Below, in pieces: positions 28,428-38,337 of a stretch of 64,000 nt of DNA. How positions within the stretch are numbered: the first letter of the stretch is position 1; every line of letters starts with the position of its first letter. The notes under the pieces were generated by a model. The model had not been told where the DNA came from, did no database searches, and saw only the letters and a program-made list of their open reading frames with translations. This DNA comes from Candidatus Sumerlaeia bacterium. Lineage in GTDB: Bacteria; Sumerlaeota; Sumerlaeia; JADFCW01. The translations under genes were made by a program, and so were the position numbers. The stretch is taken from positions 49,399 to 113,398 of the forward strand of contig JAOAGV010000001.1 in the NCBI GenBank assembly GCA_026415575.1, read 5' to 3'.

Positions 28428-28640
28428 CTAAGAAACGTAAGGCGTGCAAAAAGATAGGTGGAAAACGGCCGCAAAACACGGGACCTGTCCGTCTGCTCGG
28501 CTCTTTTTTTCTCTTGAACGCTTTTCTGTCCCTGCGCCAGCATAGCGGCCTCGAACGCGGGATTCGGCCGGGGGGCGGATTTCCCGTTCTAAGGCCCGAT
28601 GGAACAAAGGGCCATCGTGTCCAGAAAGGAGGTGATCCGA

Positions 28641-29240
28641 ATGCGAAAAGGTTTTACCCTGATTGAGCTGTTGATCGTGGTGGCCATCATCGCTATCCTT
28701 GCGGCGATTGCCATTCCGAACTTTCTCGAAGCGCAAACGCGGTCGAAGGTCTCCAGAGCCATGGCGGATATGCGCACACTGGCCACAGCGCTCGAATGCT
28801 ACGCCGTGGACCAGAACGGCGATTATCCATTCGACCTCGACAGCCGCGGATGGCCGTGGTATATCACCGATGTCCTATCTACGCCAATTACTTATGTAAC
28901 CAATGCGGCCTCGCTTCACGATCCGTTTCGGATGCATTTGAATCAGAACGATGCCAGCTGGCGCTTTCGGTATGTGAACTATCGCGCCAACTACGGCAGC
29001 AAACCGTGGCCGCCGTGCTGGTGTCCGGGGCCTTATTACACGCGATGGGTTGCCAGCACGCCCGACAGCACGGTTGACCAAGGTATCGAACAATGGGGAT
29101 TGTGGAAGCTCAGTTCGGCTGGACCCGACCGGACGGCCAATTCGAGTTTTTTCGTGGGCGATTTGGTCTATGATCCGACCAACGGAACAATTTCCGGCGG
29201 CGATGTCATCCGCTCGCAAAAGACCGGTCAGCGGAAGTAA
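28641..29240 (+). CDS. prepilin-type N-terminal cleavage/methylation domain protein (pseudopilin-like)
   Basis: MRKGFTLIELLIVVAIIAILAAIAIPNF is the class III signal peptide and methylation motif. RBS AAAGGAGGTG. Confidence 0.8.
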   Translation: MRKGFTLIELLIVVAIIAILAAIAIPNFLEAQTRSKVSRAMADMRTLATALECYAVDQNGDYPFDLDSRGWPWYITDVLSTPITYVTNAASLHDPFRMHLNQNDASWRFRYVNYRANYGSKPWPPCWCPGPYYTRWVASTPDSTVDQGIEQWGLWKLSSAGPDRTANSSFFVGDLVYDPTNGTISGGDVIRSQKTGQRK

Positions 29241-29392
29241 CGCTTCGGCTGGCTCATTTTGTCGCGTTCCCGCTTCTGCGCGAAGGCGCAAAAAGTAAAA
29301 ACAAAGAGGTTGAATTCGGCGCCCTCCTGCGGAAGGTGGGAACAGATGTGGAATAGGCATTTTGTTTGGGCTATTACAAAAAGGGGGCAATC

Positions 29393-30688
29393 ATGAAACG
29401 CAGGAAAGAGTTGAACTTGAGCCGGCGCGCATTTACCAAATCCGCCGCACTGGCCGCAGGCACAGCCATGGTCGGCACACCGCTGCGCGCCGCCACGTCC
29501 AAACCCAAAACGCTGAAGATCGGCTGGATTGGTGCGGGCGACCGCGGGGCTGCCGATATTCGGTTCTGCCTCGATGCCGATGACAACATCGAGGTCGTCG
29601 CCATCGCCGATCTTTTTCCCGATCAAGTCAAGGTGGCGCTCGACAAGGTTGGCAAAAAGTTTCAAGACCGGATCAAAGTAACCAAGGATACAACCTTCTT
29701 CGGCTTCGACGCCTACAAAAAAGTTCTCGAAATGCCCGAAGTGGATATTGTGTTCCTGACCACACCGCCGTTTTTCCGGCCGGTGCAATTCCGCGCCGCC
29801 ATTGAGGCGGGCAAGCATTGCTTCGTGGAAAAACCGGGCGCCGTGGACCCTGTGGGCGTTCGTTCCATTCTCGAAACCACCGAGATGGCGCGCAAGAAGA
29901 ACCTCAGCGTCGTTGTCGGCATGCAACAGCGCTGGATGCCGCAATATCAGGAAATCGTCAAGCGGGTCCAAGACGGCGAGATCGGCGAAATTCGCCATGT
30001 CGGTGCCTATTGGATCGGGACAATGATGACGTGGCACTGGCAGCCGCGCGAGTCGGTCAAGAGCGACCTCGAATGGCAGATCCGCTGCTGGCCGCAGCTG
30101 ACATGGCTGTCGGGCGATTGCTGCGTCGAGCAATTGGTGCACAACCTCGATGTCTCGAACTGGGTTTTGGGCACAACGCCGCTGCAGGTAGTGGCCGTCG
30201 GGGGACGCCTCGCGCGCGTCGGCGACCAGTATGGCACCGTCTATGACCACTTCGCCTTCGACTTCGACTACCCGGGCGGGCTGAAGGGTCTGGGCATTAA
30301 TGCCCAAATTGAAAAAGTTACCAACAAGGTCTGTAACACGATTACCGGCAGCAAAGGCGAAGCCTCGGTCTCGCGCGGACACGGCTTCCTCATCGGCCCG
30401 AAAGGACGCTATGAATACAAGGGCTCCATGGACGGCGACGGCCCGATGCATCAAGCGATGTGCGAGGGCATTCGCAAGGGCGAACCGGTGAATCAGGGAC
30501 AGATTCTGTGCGAGGCCACGTTGACCGGCATCATCGGCCGCATGAGTGCATATTCGGGAAAACCGGTCGGCTGGGAATGGGCGCTGAAACAATCGAAACT
30601 GGATTTGACGCCCAAACAGGAGCTTTCGTTCGACAAACCGTTCCCCATGCCGCCGGTTCAGATGCCCAGCAATACGGAATTGATTTAA
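29393..30688 (+). CDS. Gfo/Idh/MocA family oxidoreductase, TAT-exported
   Basis: The TAT signal is SRRAFTKSAALAAGTAMVG. The Rossmann motif is KIGWIGAGDRG, followed by CFVEKPGAVD. Confidence 0.85.
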   Translation: MKRRKELNLSRRAFTKSAALAAGTAMVGTPLRAATSKPKTLKIGWIGAGDRGAADIRFCLDADDNIEVVAIADLFPDQVKVALDKVGKKFQDRIKVTKDTTFFGFDAYKKVLEMPEVDIVFLTTPPFFRPVQFRAAIEAGKHCFVEKPGAVDPVGVRSILETTEMARKKNLSVVVGMQQRWMPQYQEIVKRVQDGEIGEIRHVGAYWIGTMMTWHWQPRESVKSDLEWQIRCWPQLTWLSGDCCVEQLVHNLDVSNWVLGTTPLQVVAVGGRLARVGDQYGTVYDHFAFDFDYPGGLKGLGINAQIEKVTNKVCNTITGSKGEASVSRGHGFLIGPKGRYEYKGSMDGDGPMHQAMCEGIRKGEPVNQGQILCEATLTGIIGRMSAYSGKPVGWEWALKQSKLDLTPKQELSFDKPFPMPPVQMPSNTELI

Positions 30689-30714
30689 CCGCGGCGGCGA
30701 TGCGGACGGAACGA

Positions 30715-30862
30715 AGCAGGATGCGGTCGGGGTGGAACCCGACCCTCCAAGGTGGGTTTTTCTCCAGCGTCTGAAGTTAAAACAGGATACTACAGGGCAT
30801 ATTACACGGTGCTGGCAGGCCATACGGTCGGGGTGGAACCCGACCCTCCACGGATGGGTGCC
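30715..30862. repeat. pair of direct REP-like hairpin repeats (CGGTCGGGGTGGAACCCGACCCTCCA), about 100 bp apart
   Basis: Two near-identical 35-40 bp units at about 30721 and 30823. Each contains an imperfect GTCGGGG/CCCGAC palindrome. They lie in an intergenic region after the oxidoreductase. Confidence 0.5.
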
Positions 30863-30940
30863 TTTCACGATGTTCGATACAAGGGTTTGCCTTCAAGGGC
30901 ATCAGCCGCGTGAAAGCCTGCCTGCATAGGGCGCACGGCG

Positions 30941-31545
30941 CTAAGTCGGCACTTTGTGGTGGGCAGGCCATGCGTTTTTGGGCGCGTGGGGCGGTCCCGG
31001 ATTGAAGGTGAACCGCACAATATTGTCGGGATTAACCAACGTAACCCCGCCTTCGGGCCGTCGGGCCCACAAGACCGGCGCCGCGAACATTTGCGAGATG
31101 ATATGGCGCTGGTCGAGCTTGGGCAGGACGCGCGACTGGATTTCCACAAAAAAGCGCTCACCGCTGACCAGTTCCAGCTCCAGATACCCCGTCATCGGTT
31201 TGCCGACTTTCCGCTCCTGCTCTCGGACAAACTTCTCGTCTTTTTCCGCCTCGAAATGTTTCCAAAACTCCTCCTCGCTGGTCAGACGGAGTTCCTCGAC
31301 CGGCGGCGGCATCGGCCAGTCGGGATAGCCGTCCATGATCAACTCGACGGCCGTGATTGTCTGTGTGGAGTAGGCGGTCAGCGAATATTTGCCGGCGATA
31401 ATCAGATGGCTCTGCGAGAACAACTTTGCCGGCTGCATGCCCTCAAGAATTTGCCGGACAGCCGCCGGGTTTGTCTGCACGAACTCCGCAATCCGTCCGT
31501 TGACCAGATGAATGCGAATCTCCAACGAGGGGGGAACGACATCCA
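30941..31545 (-). CDS. hypothetical protein with internal two-fold repeat
   Basis: Start chosen at MDVVPPSLEIRIHLVNG. LEIRIHLVNGRIAEFVQ and LELELVSGERFFVEIQ are internal repeats. No known domain is recognised. Confidence 0.45.
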
Positions 31546-31668
31546 TGGGCGATGGGTCCTTTCCGCAGTATTTAGTTCGCAAATCATGGGCAGTGTCAGC
31601 GCAATCCGGCTGCGGGGGCAAGCAAAAAAGCCATCCGATTTGTCTTACCCGCCCGACCCGTCCGACGT

Positions 31669-32532
31669 TCAGCGATAATGCACCCACCGCGCAACGGCGG
31701 CAGGAATACGCAACAGAACAGTATTGCTGCGCGACAGTTCGCGCACCACAACCACCGGGCCGCTGGCTGCTCCGGACGGCACCACAAACACAATTGTGCG
31801 GTCGCCCCAAGAAACAATCGTGCCGACGGCGCGGCCATCCAGTTCGATGCGGCTTGTGCCCTGAACGGCGCCGAAGTTGTAGCCACGTACCGTGACGTGT
31901 GTTCCCGGCGCCGCACGAGACGGAGAGAGACTGGAAATGACCAGCGTGGTCGGCGGGCCAAACGACGCCTCGAACGGCACGATCAGATCATCGGCGCTCA
32001 TGACACCGTCGCCGGCCAACGACACCAAAGTCCACCGGTCAAAGGCATCTCCGTACAGATCGAGCGTGACGGTTCCCGACCACGGATGAACCAATCCCAG
32101 CGGCGAGAAGAGATAATAGGGATTGCCCCACGGGTCGGTCGGTGTGCCGGGGTCATAGCCGGCGCCGTCCACTGAAAATCCGCCTTGTTGAAAATTCACA
32201 TAAGGACCACCCCAACGTCGAGGGGGGAAGCGCACGTCCACACGCTGAGCAACGAAATTGCCGGTTTGCAGGCTGAGCGCCCGCGCCCCGCCCCCATACA
32301 TGATGTCGTCAAAATAGTACAGGGTTTGCGATTCGAGAAGGTCGTTGAGGTCTTCGAGCGGAAAGAAATAGCCGGTGTCCAGATATGCAGCGATTTCGGC
32401 GTCGCGCAACGCCGCCATGTCCGTCAAGGCGGCAACTTCGCGCGCACCCAATGGGCCGGGACCTTGAGGCAATCTGGGCGCGGCAGCCAGACAGAGTACC
32501 ACTGCGGCCGAAGCGGCAACGCGTGCCACCAT
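31669..32532 (-). CDS. secreted protein with C-terminal IPT/TIG domain
   Basis: Signal peptide MVARVAASAAVVLCLAAAP. The C-terminal VISSLSPSRAAPGTHVTVRGYNFGAVQGTSRIELDGRAVGTIVSWGDRTIVFVVPSGAASGPVVVV is an IPT/TIG beta-sandwich. Confidence 0.55.
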   Translation of the reverse strand: MVARVAASAAVVLCLAAAPRLPQGPGPLGAREVAALTDMAALRDAEIAAYLDTGYFFPLEDLNDLLESQTLYYFDDIMYGGGARALSLQTGNFVAQRVDVRFPPRRWGGPYVNFQQGGFSVDGAGYDPGTPTDPWGNPYYLFSPLGLVHPWSGTVTLDLYGDAFDRWTLVSLAGDGVMSADDLIVPFEASFGPPTTLVISSLSPSRAAPGTHVTVRGYNFGAVQGTSRIELDGRAVGTIVSWGDRTIVFVVPSGAASGPVVVVRELSRSNTVLLRIPAAVARWVHYR

Positions 32533-32636
32533 GCATCGCTCTTTTTTGCGCTTCCGACACATTGCGCTTGCGCCCTTCATACAGCCAGTAAATATTTGCC
32601 ACAAATCGGATTGCAAGTCAACGAAAGGAGAACAAA

Positions 32637-33089
32637 ATGATTCTCGAACCTTTGGAAAATGCCGACCGGTACGCTCCGCTGCATCCGGCCTTCCCGGCCG
32701 CCTTTGAGTTTCTGCGACGGCGCGATCTGCCGCTGTTGGCTCCGGGCCGCCATGAGTTGGACGGTGGGCGCCTCTACGTGCTAATCGAAAAAAAACCGGG
32801 TCGCGGAAAGGACGCGGCGCGTCTCGAATCCCATCGCCGCTATATTGACATTCAATACACCCTTGCCGGCAACGAAGTCATCGGCCACCGCCCGACCTGC
32901 ACGTGCACGCGCGTGACGGAGCCGTATAATCCGGAACGCGACATCGAGTTCTTCGGCGATGCGCCGGAGATATGGGTTACGCTCCCGCCCGGCCGCTTTA
33001 CCATCCTCTATCCCGACGACGCACATGCGCCGCTGGCCGGCGAAGGCGATGTGCACAAGGCGGTGGTAAAAGTTCTGCTCGAAAATTAA
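32637..33089 (+). CDS. YhcH/YjgK/YiaL (DUF386) family protein
   Basis: 150 aa. HRRYIDIQYTLAGNEVIG...ILYPDDAHAP is the cupin-like DUF386 signature. Confidence 0.7.
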   Translation: MILEPLENADRYAPLHPAFPAAFEFLRRRDLPLLAPGRHELDGGRLYVLIEKKPGRGKDAARLESHRRYIDIQYTLAGNEVIGHRPTCTCTRVTEPYNPERDIEFFGDAPEIWVTLPPGRFTILYPDDAHAPLAGEGDVHKAVVKVLLEN

Positions 33090-33116
33090 GCCATGTTTTC
33101 CATCCCCTCCATCCTT

Positions 33117-34784
33117 TTACATCCCATCCTTCAGCGGCGGAGCCAGCGCCGGCCACGGGCCGGGCCGCGGGATGACCACGATGCGCAACCGGCCAAAATC
33201 TTTGCTCGGATAGCCGGCGAGAAACTGGTCGAACTCCGGCTGCACCGGGTAGTGCAAATTGCGCAGCACATACCAGTATTCGGCGCGTTCGCGGTCTTTC
33301 GGAAAAAAGCGCTCGGTGTTGCGGTCGTGCATCCACAGCAAATACCAATAGCGAAAATCAATACCCCGCGCCGGATCGAGCTGCTCCTCGCTCAACACCA
33401 CGGTGCGGCCGGCGGAGTGGCCGGCTACAAAGCGCATGGCCTCGCGCTGGTGGCCAAAGCTGATGTACGAGCCGACACCTCCGCCTGCGCGATCCAAACG
33501 CAGAAGGAGGACGACCTCAAAGAAAATCTGGCATGCCAGCCACGCCGTCAGCAGTACGGCCGGAACCCATGAAAGCCGTCGCGTCCGTCCTCCCATCTTC
33601 AACCTCTCTGCAACTTTCACTCCCAACCATGCCACCGCCAAAAACGGCACCGGATATACCACCAAGAAATACGGGGGAACGACGGGAACGCGAAGTGCCA
33701 AAAAGACCGCCAGCGGCACCAGCGCCCAGCTGAGCAGGAAGAGAGAAAGTCGGGAAGAGAGCGGCGAAAGTACAAACCAGAAATCCTGCCTTGTGTCCTT
33801 GCCGTCCACCACGTTCACGCTGTCCATTCCGTCCCTTGTGTTCCTGTGTCGCCCCGCCCCGCGTGCCGCATTCACAGCCAGTGCAGAAAGTGCGGCCACC
33901 CACGCGACCCCCGCCAAAAAGCGAATGGCCCTATACGGCCCCAGATTGGCCAAAAACTCGCCGTGTTTGGCCTGAAGGAAATTGCAGTGGGCGAAATCGG
34001 TGACAGAGAAAAACCAATATACAAGCGGCTGAAAACCAAAAGGCCGGTATTCGCCTGTGCCGTGAAAAATTAACTGGGTGATGATTTGCAGGTCTGAAAA
34101 ATGGCGGTCAGCCTGCTCAAGCGCATAGGGGAAATAGGGCAAAAGGCCAAGGGCCAGTCCGCATCCCAACGCCGCCCAATCCACCGGCGGGCGAAACAGT
34201 GCCCATGCCACAAGCAATTGAACCCATAGAAGCGAGGCCGAAAAGTGAAATTGCATCGCCGCGGCAATCAATAGGGCCAGCCAAAAGAGCGTCTTCGGCT
34301 TTCGCTCGATTGCCCAGCGCAGCAAAAGATAAAAAATGACAGGGCAGAGAATCTGTACGAGACTGTGGCCCCACAGGCGCCGCGAATACTCGATGGCCGT
34401 CGGCGATACCGCCATCATTGTCCCGGCCACCCACCCGACCGCCGGCGAAAAAAAGCGCACGCCCGTCCGATAGACTATATAGACGGCGAGAGTGCCGAGC
34501 AGCGCAAAGCAGGCGGCGGCAAATCGAGGATCACTGGTTACCAGAAACGCCGGTGAGATGACATAAAGGAACAGCGGCGAGTTGTAAAACTGGAAGCTGG
34601 TCTTGATGCCCAACAGCGGCGGCAATCCCGCATGAACAAACCGCACGACAAACAGACACGCCGCGCCTTCATCCATCTCGAAGGCCATCAAGTCCAAACG
34701 AATCAGGCGCAAGGCGGCGGCAAGGCCAAGAAGTGCAGCAAGTCGAGCAGAGGAGGAAAACCTTCGCATGCTCGCCGATGTCAT
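33117..34784 (-). CDS. GT39/ArnT-like (PMT family) membrane glycosyltransferase
   Basis: About 13 TM helices. An N-terminal DE-containing loop (FEMDEGA) and the overall architecture resemble ArnT/PMT. The start overlaps the upstream gene stop (ATGA). Confidence 0.7.
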   Translation of the reverse strand: MTSASMRRFSSSARLAALLGLAAALRLIRLDLMAFEMDEGAACLFVVRFVHAGLPPLLGIKTSFQFYNSPLFLYVISPAFLVTSDPRFAAACFALLGTLAVYIVYRTGVRFFSPAVGWVAGTMMAVSPTAIEYSRRLWGHSLVQILCPVIFYLLLRWAIERKPKTLFWLALLIAAAMQFHFSASLLWVQLLVAWALFRPPVDWAALGCGLALGLLPYFPYALEQADRHFSDLQIITQLIFHGTGEYRPFGFQPLVYWFFSVTDFAHCNFLQAKHGEFLANLGPYRAIRFLAGVAWVAALSALAVNAARGAGRHRNTRDGMDSVNVVDGKDTRQDFWFVLSPLSSRLSLFLLSWALVPLAVFLALRVPVVPPYFLVVYPVPFLAVAWLGVKVAERLKMGGRTRRLSWVPAVLLTAWLACQIFFEVVLLLRLDRAGGGVGSYISFGHQREAMRFVAGHSAGRTVVLSEEQLDPARGIDFRYWYLLWMHDRNTERFFPKDRERAEYWYVLRNLHYPVQPEFDQFLAGYPSKDFGRLRIVVIPRPGPWPALAPPLKDGM

Positions 34785-35332
34785 CGGAAATCATCATCCG
34801 CCGGATCGTTGCCGAACCAGCCGAGACCAAAGTCCAACGTCTCTTCGATGTCGAGGGCTGCTTCGAGACCGATGATAAGAAAGTGGACCGTCCCCCCGAA
34901 CTCATAAAAGCCCCGCTCGGTTTCGCCCCCCTCCCAATACAAGCCGTCGAAGCCGCCTTCGCTGCTCCACTCGTGCCAGAAGGGCAACCGCCGTCCGCGC
35001 AGGCCAATCCGCACCGAGTCGTAGGCGCCAAATCCGGCTTGCAGGCTCTTGGTCGGGCGCACATTCACGCACAAGCCCAAACCCAAACCCACGTTGCATT
35101 TTACGATGTCCAGAAGGTCGGCCACGCGGCTGGGAAAGTAGCGCAGGAGATGATACAATGGACCGCGATGGGGATACGAAACGGGTGACGGTTGCGGCGA
35201 AGCAGGTTCTGTGGCTGCGGCGGATTGCACTGCCGGAAAGCCAACAGACATCGGCGATGTGGCCGCTGCACCGACCGGCAGAACCGCCAGCACAAACAGC
35301 AAGAACGCGACGCTACGCGCTACCAAACCCAT
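34781..35332 (-). CDS. hypothetical secreted protein, translationally coupled to GT39-like gene
   Basis: Start chosen at MGLVARSVAFLLFVLAVLPVGAAA (signal peptide). Its stop overlaps the start of 33117..34784. Confidence 0.45.
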   Translation of the reverse strand: MGLVARSVAFLLFVLAVLPVGAAATSPMSVGFPAVQSAAATEPASPQPSPVSYPHRGPLYHLLRYFPSRVADLLDIVKCNVGLGLGLCVNVRPTKSLQAGFGAYDSVRIGLRGRRLPFWHEWSSEGGFDGLYWEGGETERGFYEFGGTVHFLIIGLEAALDIEETLDFGLGWFGNDPADDDFR

Positions 35333-35457
35333 GCATTGTCCATCCGCATTTTGACTCACGCCAAAATTCTGATTGAAATCCACCGCTGCTTGCCTTTCTC
35401 GTATGGTCGAAAGCGATTGCACTGCAATTGCCCAACCCTTGACGAGATGCTAAGACC

Positions 35458-36054
35458 ATGATGGCGAACCGGACAATCAAAATCTTGACCGCTCTTGCCA
35501 TGGCAGCGCTGAGTGGCTGCCAGCTGTGGCCGCCCCGCACTGTTTTCATCCGGCCGATCAGCCTCGGCCACCCCGAGAATCCTCACGCGTTGTTTATCGA
35601 GGGCAAGGCGTTTCTGGCGCAAGGCGAGCCGCGGAAGGCCGCCCTCAAGTTTCAGGCCGCCCTTTCCCTGCAACCCGACTTCGAGGAAGCGCGCATCGGT
35701 CTGGCCCATGCCTACCGTGCGGGCCGCAACTATCGCCGCGCCGAAGCACTCTACCGGCAGATGCTCGAACGCGCGCCCAAAAATGTCGCCGTGCTGGAAG
35801 GACTGGCGATCTGCGAGCGGTATTTGAAGCGCCCCGATCAAGCACGCGCCCATTTTCAGCAGGCGCTGGCGCTGGACCCCAAATCGGTTTCCACTCTCAA
35901 CGCCTATGCGGACTTTCTCTATAACCGAAAGGAATACGCCGAAGCCCTGAAGTATTGGGAAGAGTCCGTACGGTTGGACCCCAGTCAGGGCGCCCTGCGC
36001 GACTTGGTCGCAGACTTGCGGCGTTATGTGGCCAAGTATGGAAAAGGGCAGTGA
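35458..36054 (+). CDS. TPR-repeat lipoprotein
   Basis: The lipobox is LSGC. Three or four TPR units follow (AHAYRAGRNYRRAEALYRQMLE...). Confidence 0.75.
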   Translation: MMANRTIKILTALAMAALSGCQLWPPRTVFIRPISLGHPENPHALFIEGKAFLAQGEPRKAALKFQAALSLQPDFEEARIGLAHAYRAGRNYRRAEALYRQMLERAPKNVAVLEGLAICERYLKRPDQARAHFQQALALDPKSVSTLNAYADFLYNRKEYAEALKYWEESVRLDPSQGALRDLVADLRRYVAKYGKGQ

Positions 36055-36094
36055 GTTGTGGGTTGTGCGTTGTGGGATAGGAACGTTTGGAGTT

Positions 36095-36125
36095 CCGCTG
36101 TCAGGCGGTTTGTTTTGAATCTCCG
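36095..36125 (+). terminator. possible weak intrinsic terminator after TPR gene
   Basis: CCGCTGTCAGGCGG is a short GC stem-loop, followed by TTTGTTTTG. Confidence 0.3.
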
Positions 36126-36175
36126 AAGGCTGCGGGCATGACGCGGCGTGTTTTGTTTTCCCCGGGCGTCAACGG

Positions 36176-37786
36176 ATGCGGATTGTCTTAATCAGCCCTT
36201 ATGACGAACGCTGCTATGGCATGCGGCATGTGTTTGCTTTCCTCCGCCAGCAGGGCCACGAGGTTTGGTTTATCGTTATGAAGCAATACCTCAGCAAACC
36301 GGCCACGCTCGAACAGCTGGCGGCAGTTCGCCATCCGCCGCCCGGTATGTTCTCGGCCGTGACCGAGACGCTCGAGGACGCTTCATATATCTGCTGTTAT
36401 ACCGAACCGATCACGGCGACCGAATACCAGTTGCTTCTGGGCAAGCTGGCCGAAATCCGGCCCGACCTGATCGGCATTTCGATGACCACGCCGACGGCGG
36501 CGGCCGGCCGCGAAATCGCCGACCAAATCCGCCGCGAATTCCCGAAGGTCCCCATTGTCGCCGGCGGCATTCATCCGACCATTGCGCCCGAACAATGCAT
36601 CGAGTGGGCTGACCTTGTGTGCATCGGCGAGGGCGAGTATGCGATGGCCGAGATCGCCGCCGACCCCGACCGTCCGGACATCGCAGGCGTCTGGCGGCGA
36701 AAGGCCGACGGCGGGGTGATTCGAAATCCCATCCGGCCTCTCGAACAAAACCTCGATCGGTTTCCTTTTCCCGTGTGGGGCGAAAACGAATGCCGCATAG
36801 ACTGGAATCAAATCCTGCCTCTGCCGGCGGACAACCGTCCCTACTTCCGCGGCATTTACTTCATCATGACGCAGCGCGGATGCCCGTTCTCCTGCTCGTA
36901 TTGCTACAATCACGTGCTCAAGGCCCAGCATCGGGGCGAGAACTACCTGCGGCGCCGGTCGGTTGAAAATGTCCTGCAGGAAATTGAAAAGTCCCGCCAA
37001 CTGTTCGGCCTGACTCATGTCATGTTTCAGGACGACGTGTTCGTGAAGGACTTGGAGTGGATCGAAGAGTTTGCCGACAAATACCCGCGAAGAATCGGCC
37101 TGCCGTTCGGCGGCTATGCTCACCCGGTGCTCAGCACCGAGCCGATGCTGGCCCGGCTGGCCTCGGCGGGGCTGAAGGTGATTCAACTTGGCGTGGAAAG
37201 CGGCAGCCGGTATATTCTGGAGAAAGTGTATAACCGGCGCCACGGCCACGAGAAGCTGATGCAGCTGGCCAAGGCGGCCGAAAAATACGGCATCGCCTTG
37301 AACTACGAGCTTTTGTCCAACTGCGACTACGAAAGCGAAGCCGACTGTCTGGAGACGCTGAAACTCCTGACGCAGCTGCCCAAAACTTATCTGACCCGCG
37401 TGATGGGGCTGGCGGTGTTTCCGCCCTTGCGAATTGCGCAGCTGGACTTGCCCAAACCTTGTTTGTCCGAACGCACCTTTGAGTTTTGGAATCTGCTTTA
37501 TCTGCTCACGCACTACCCGCACATGGACGGCGAACCGCTTTTGGCCCTGAGTCAGGACCCTCACCTCCAAGCGCACCCGGAAATCCTCCGCGACATTGCG
37601 GTGGCGTTCAAGCAGTTGGAGCAGCAGATTCGTTCAGACCGGGCGGAAATCGAACGCCTGAAAGCGGAATGCGGCGAGGTCTCGCTCAAGGGACTGTGGC
37701 GTCGCCTCCGCCGGTATATGGCGGCACGGATGCCTCGGTCTGTGGCGGAAAGGATTCGGACCATATTGGGCCGGAAGGGCGGCTAA
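36176..37786 (+). CDS. B12-binding domain-containing radical SAM protein
   Basis: An N-terminal cobalamin-binding-like domain, then CPFSCSYC (CxxxCxxC) and a radical SAM core. 536 aa. Confidence 0.85.
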   Translation: MRIVLISPYDERCYGMRHVFAFLRQQGHEVWFIVMKQYLSKPATLEQLAAVRHPPPGMFSAVTETLEDASYICCYTEPITATEYQLLLGKLAEIRPDLIGISMTTPTAAAGREIADQIRREFPKVPIVAGGIHPTIAPEQCIEWADLVCIGEGEYAMAEIAADPDRPDIAGVWRRKADGGVIRNPIRPLEQNLDRFPFPVWGENECRIDWNQILPLPADNRPYFRGIYFIMTQRGCPFSCSYCYNHVLKAQHRGENYLRRRSVENVLQEIEKSRQLFGLTHVMFQDDVFVKDLEWIEEFADKYPRRIGLPFGGYAHPVLSTEPMLARLASAGLKVIQLGVESGSRYILEKVYNRRHGHEKLMQLAKAAEKYGIALNYELLSNCDYESEADCLETLKLLTQLPKTYLTRVMGLAVFPPLRIAQLDLPKPCLSERTFEFWNLLYLLTHYPHMDGEPLLALSQDPHLQAHPEILRDIAVAFKQLEQQIRSDRAEIERLKAECGEVSLKGLWRRLRRYMAARMPRSVAERIRTILGRKGG

Positions 37787-38337
37787 CGCTGCCGGTCGGC
37801 TTCCGATTGAGCGGTCGCGCGCGCGAGACTGTCCGAAAGGCATTTCAGCACGTCGCGAAACTCAACCTCGTTTCGGCTGTCCACTTCAACCAGCTTTTCG
37901 TGGGCCTGGATCATGTGGACAATTTGCTCCACGCGGGACAGCGAAACCCGGCTCGATTCATCCACAATAATCTCCTGATCCGCCGCCGGGGACGGCATTT
38001 GCTCGCGGATTTCCATAAGATGATTAAGGCCAAGTTGCGTGAGGATCTTAAGAAGCCGCGCGCTGGCATTGACAGCGATCATCTTGCCCAGTCCCTGCGC
38101 GGACTGCCGTTGGGCGAGGCCGGCCAGCACGCCCAGAAACGTGCTGTCCATGTGCTCGCAGCGTTCGAGGTCGAGCACAAACACGCACGGACCCGACTGG
38201 GCTTGGCACAAATCCGCGGCTTTGGTCAGATAGGCGCTGTTTTGGTGCGAACAGCGGCCGATCAAACGAAGCACGGCAACCTTGCCGCCCACCGGAGCAA
38301 ATTCAATGGTCGCCGACGACGTAAGCGGTTCAACCAT
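37783..38337 (-). CDS. STAS-domain protein (anti-sigma-factor-antagonist-like)
   Basis: VAVLRLIGRC...VFVLDLERCEHMDSTFLGVLAGL resembles SpoIIAA/STAS. Start chosen at MVEPLTS. Confidence 0.55.
   Translation of the reverse strand: MVEPLTSSATIEFAPVGGKVAVLRLIGRCSHQNSAYLTKAADLCQAQSGPCVFVLDLERCEHMDSTFLGVLAGLAQRQSAQGLGKMIAVNASARLLKILTQLGLNHLMEIREQMPSPAADQEIIVDESSRVSLSRVEQIVHMIQAHEKLVEVDSRNEVEFRDVLKCLSDSLARATAQSEADRQR

Noticed and set aside
28470-28511. Terminator after the HNH ORF (T9 run at 28503..28511)
   Set aside because: A U-tract is present but no convincing upstream stem-loop could be paired.
29228-30868. 546-aa minus-strand ORF
   Set aside because: It is antisense to the well-supported TAT-exported Gfo/Idh/MocA gene (29393..30688). 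There are no motifs.
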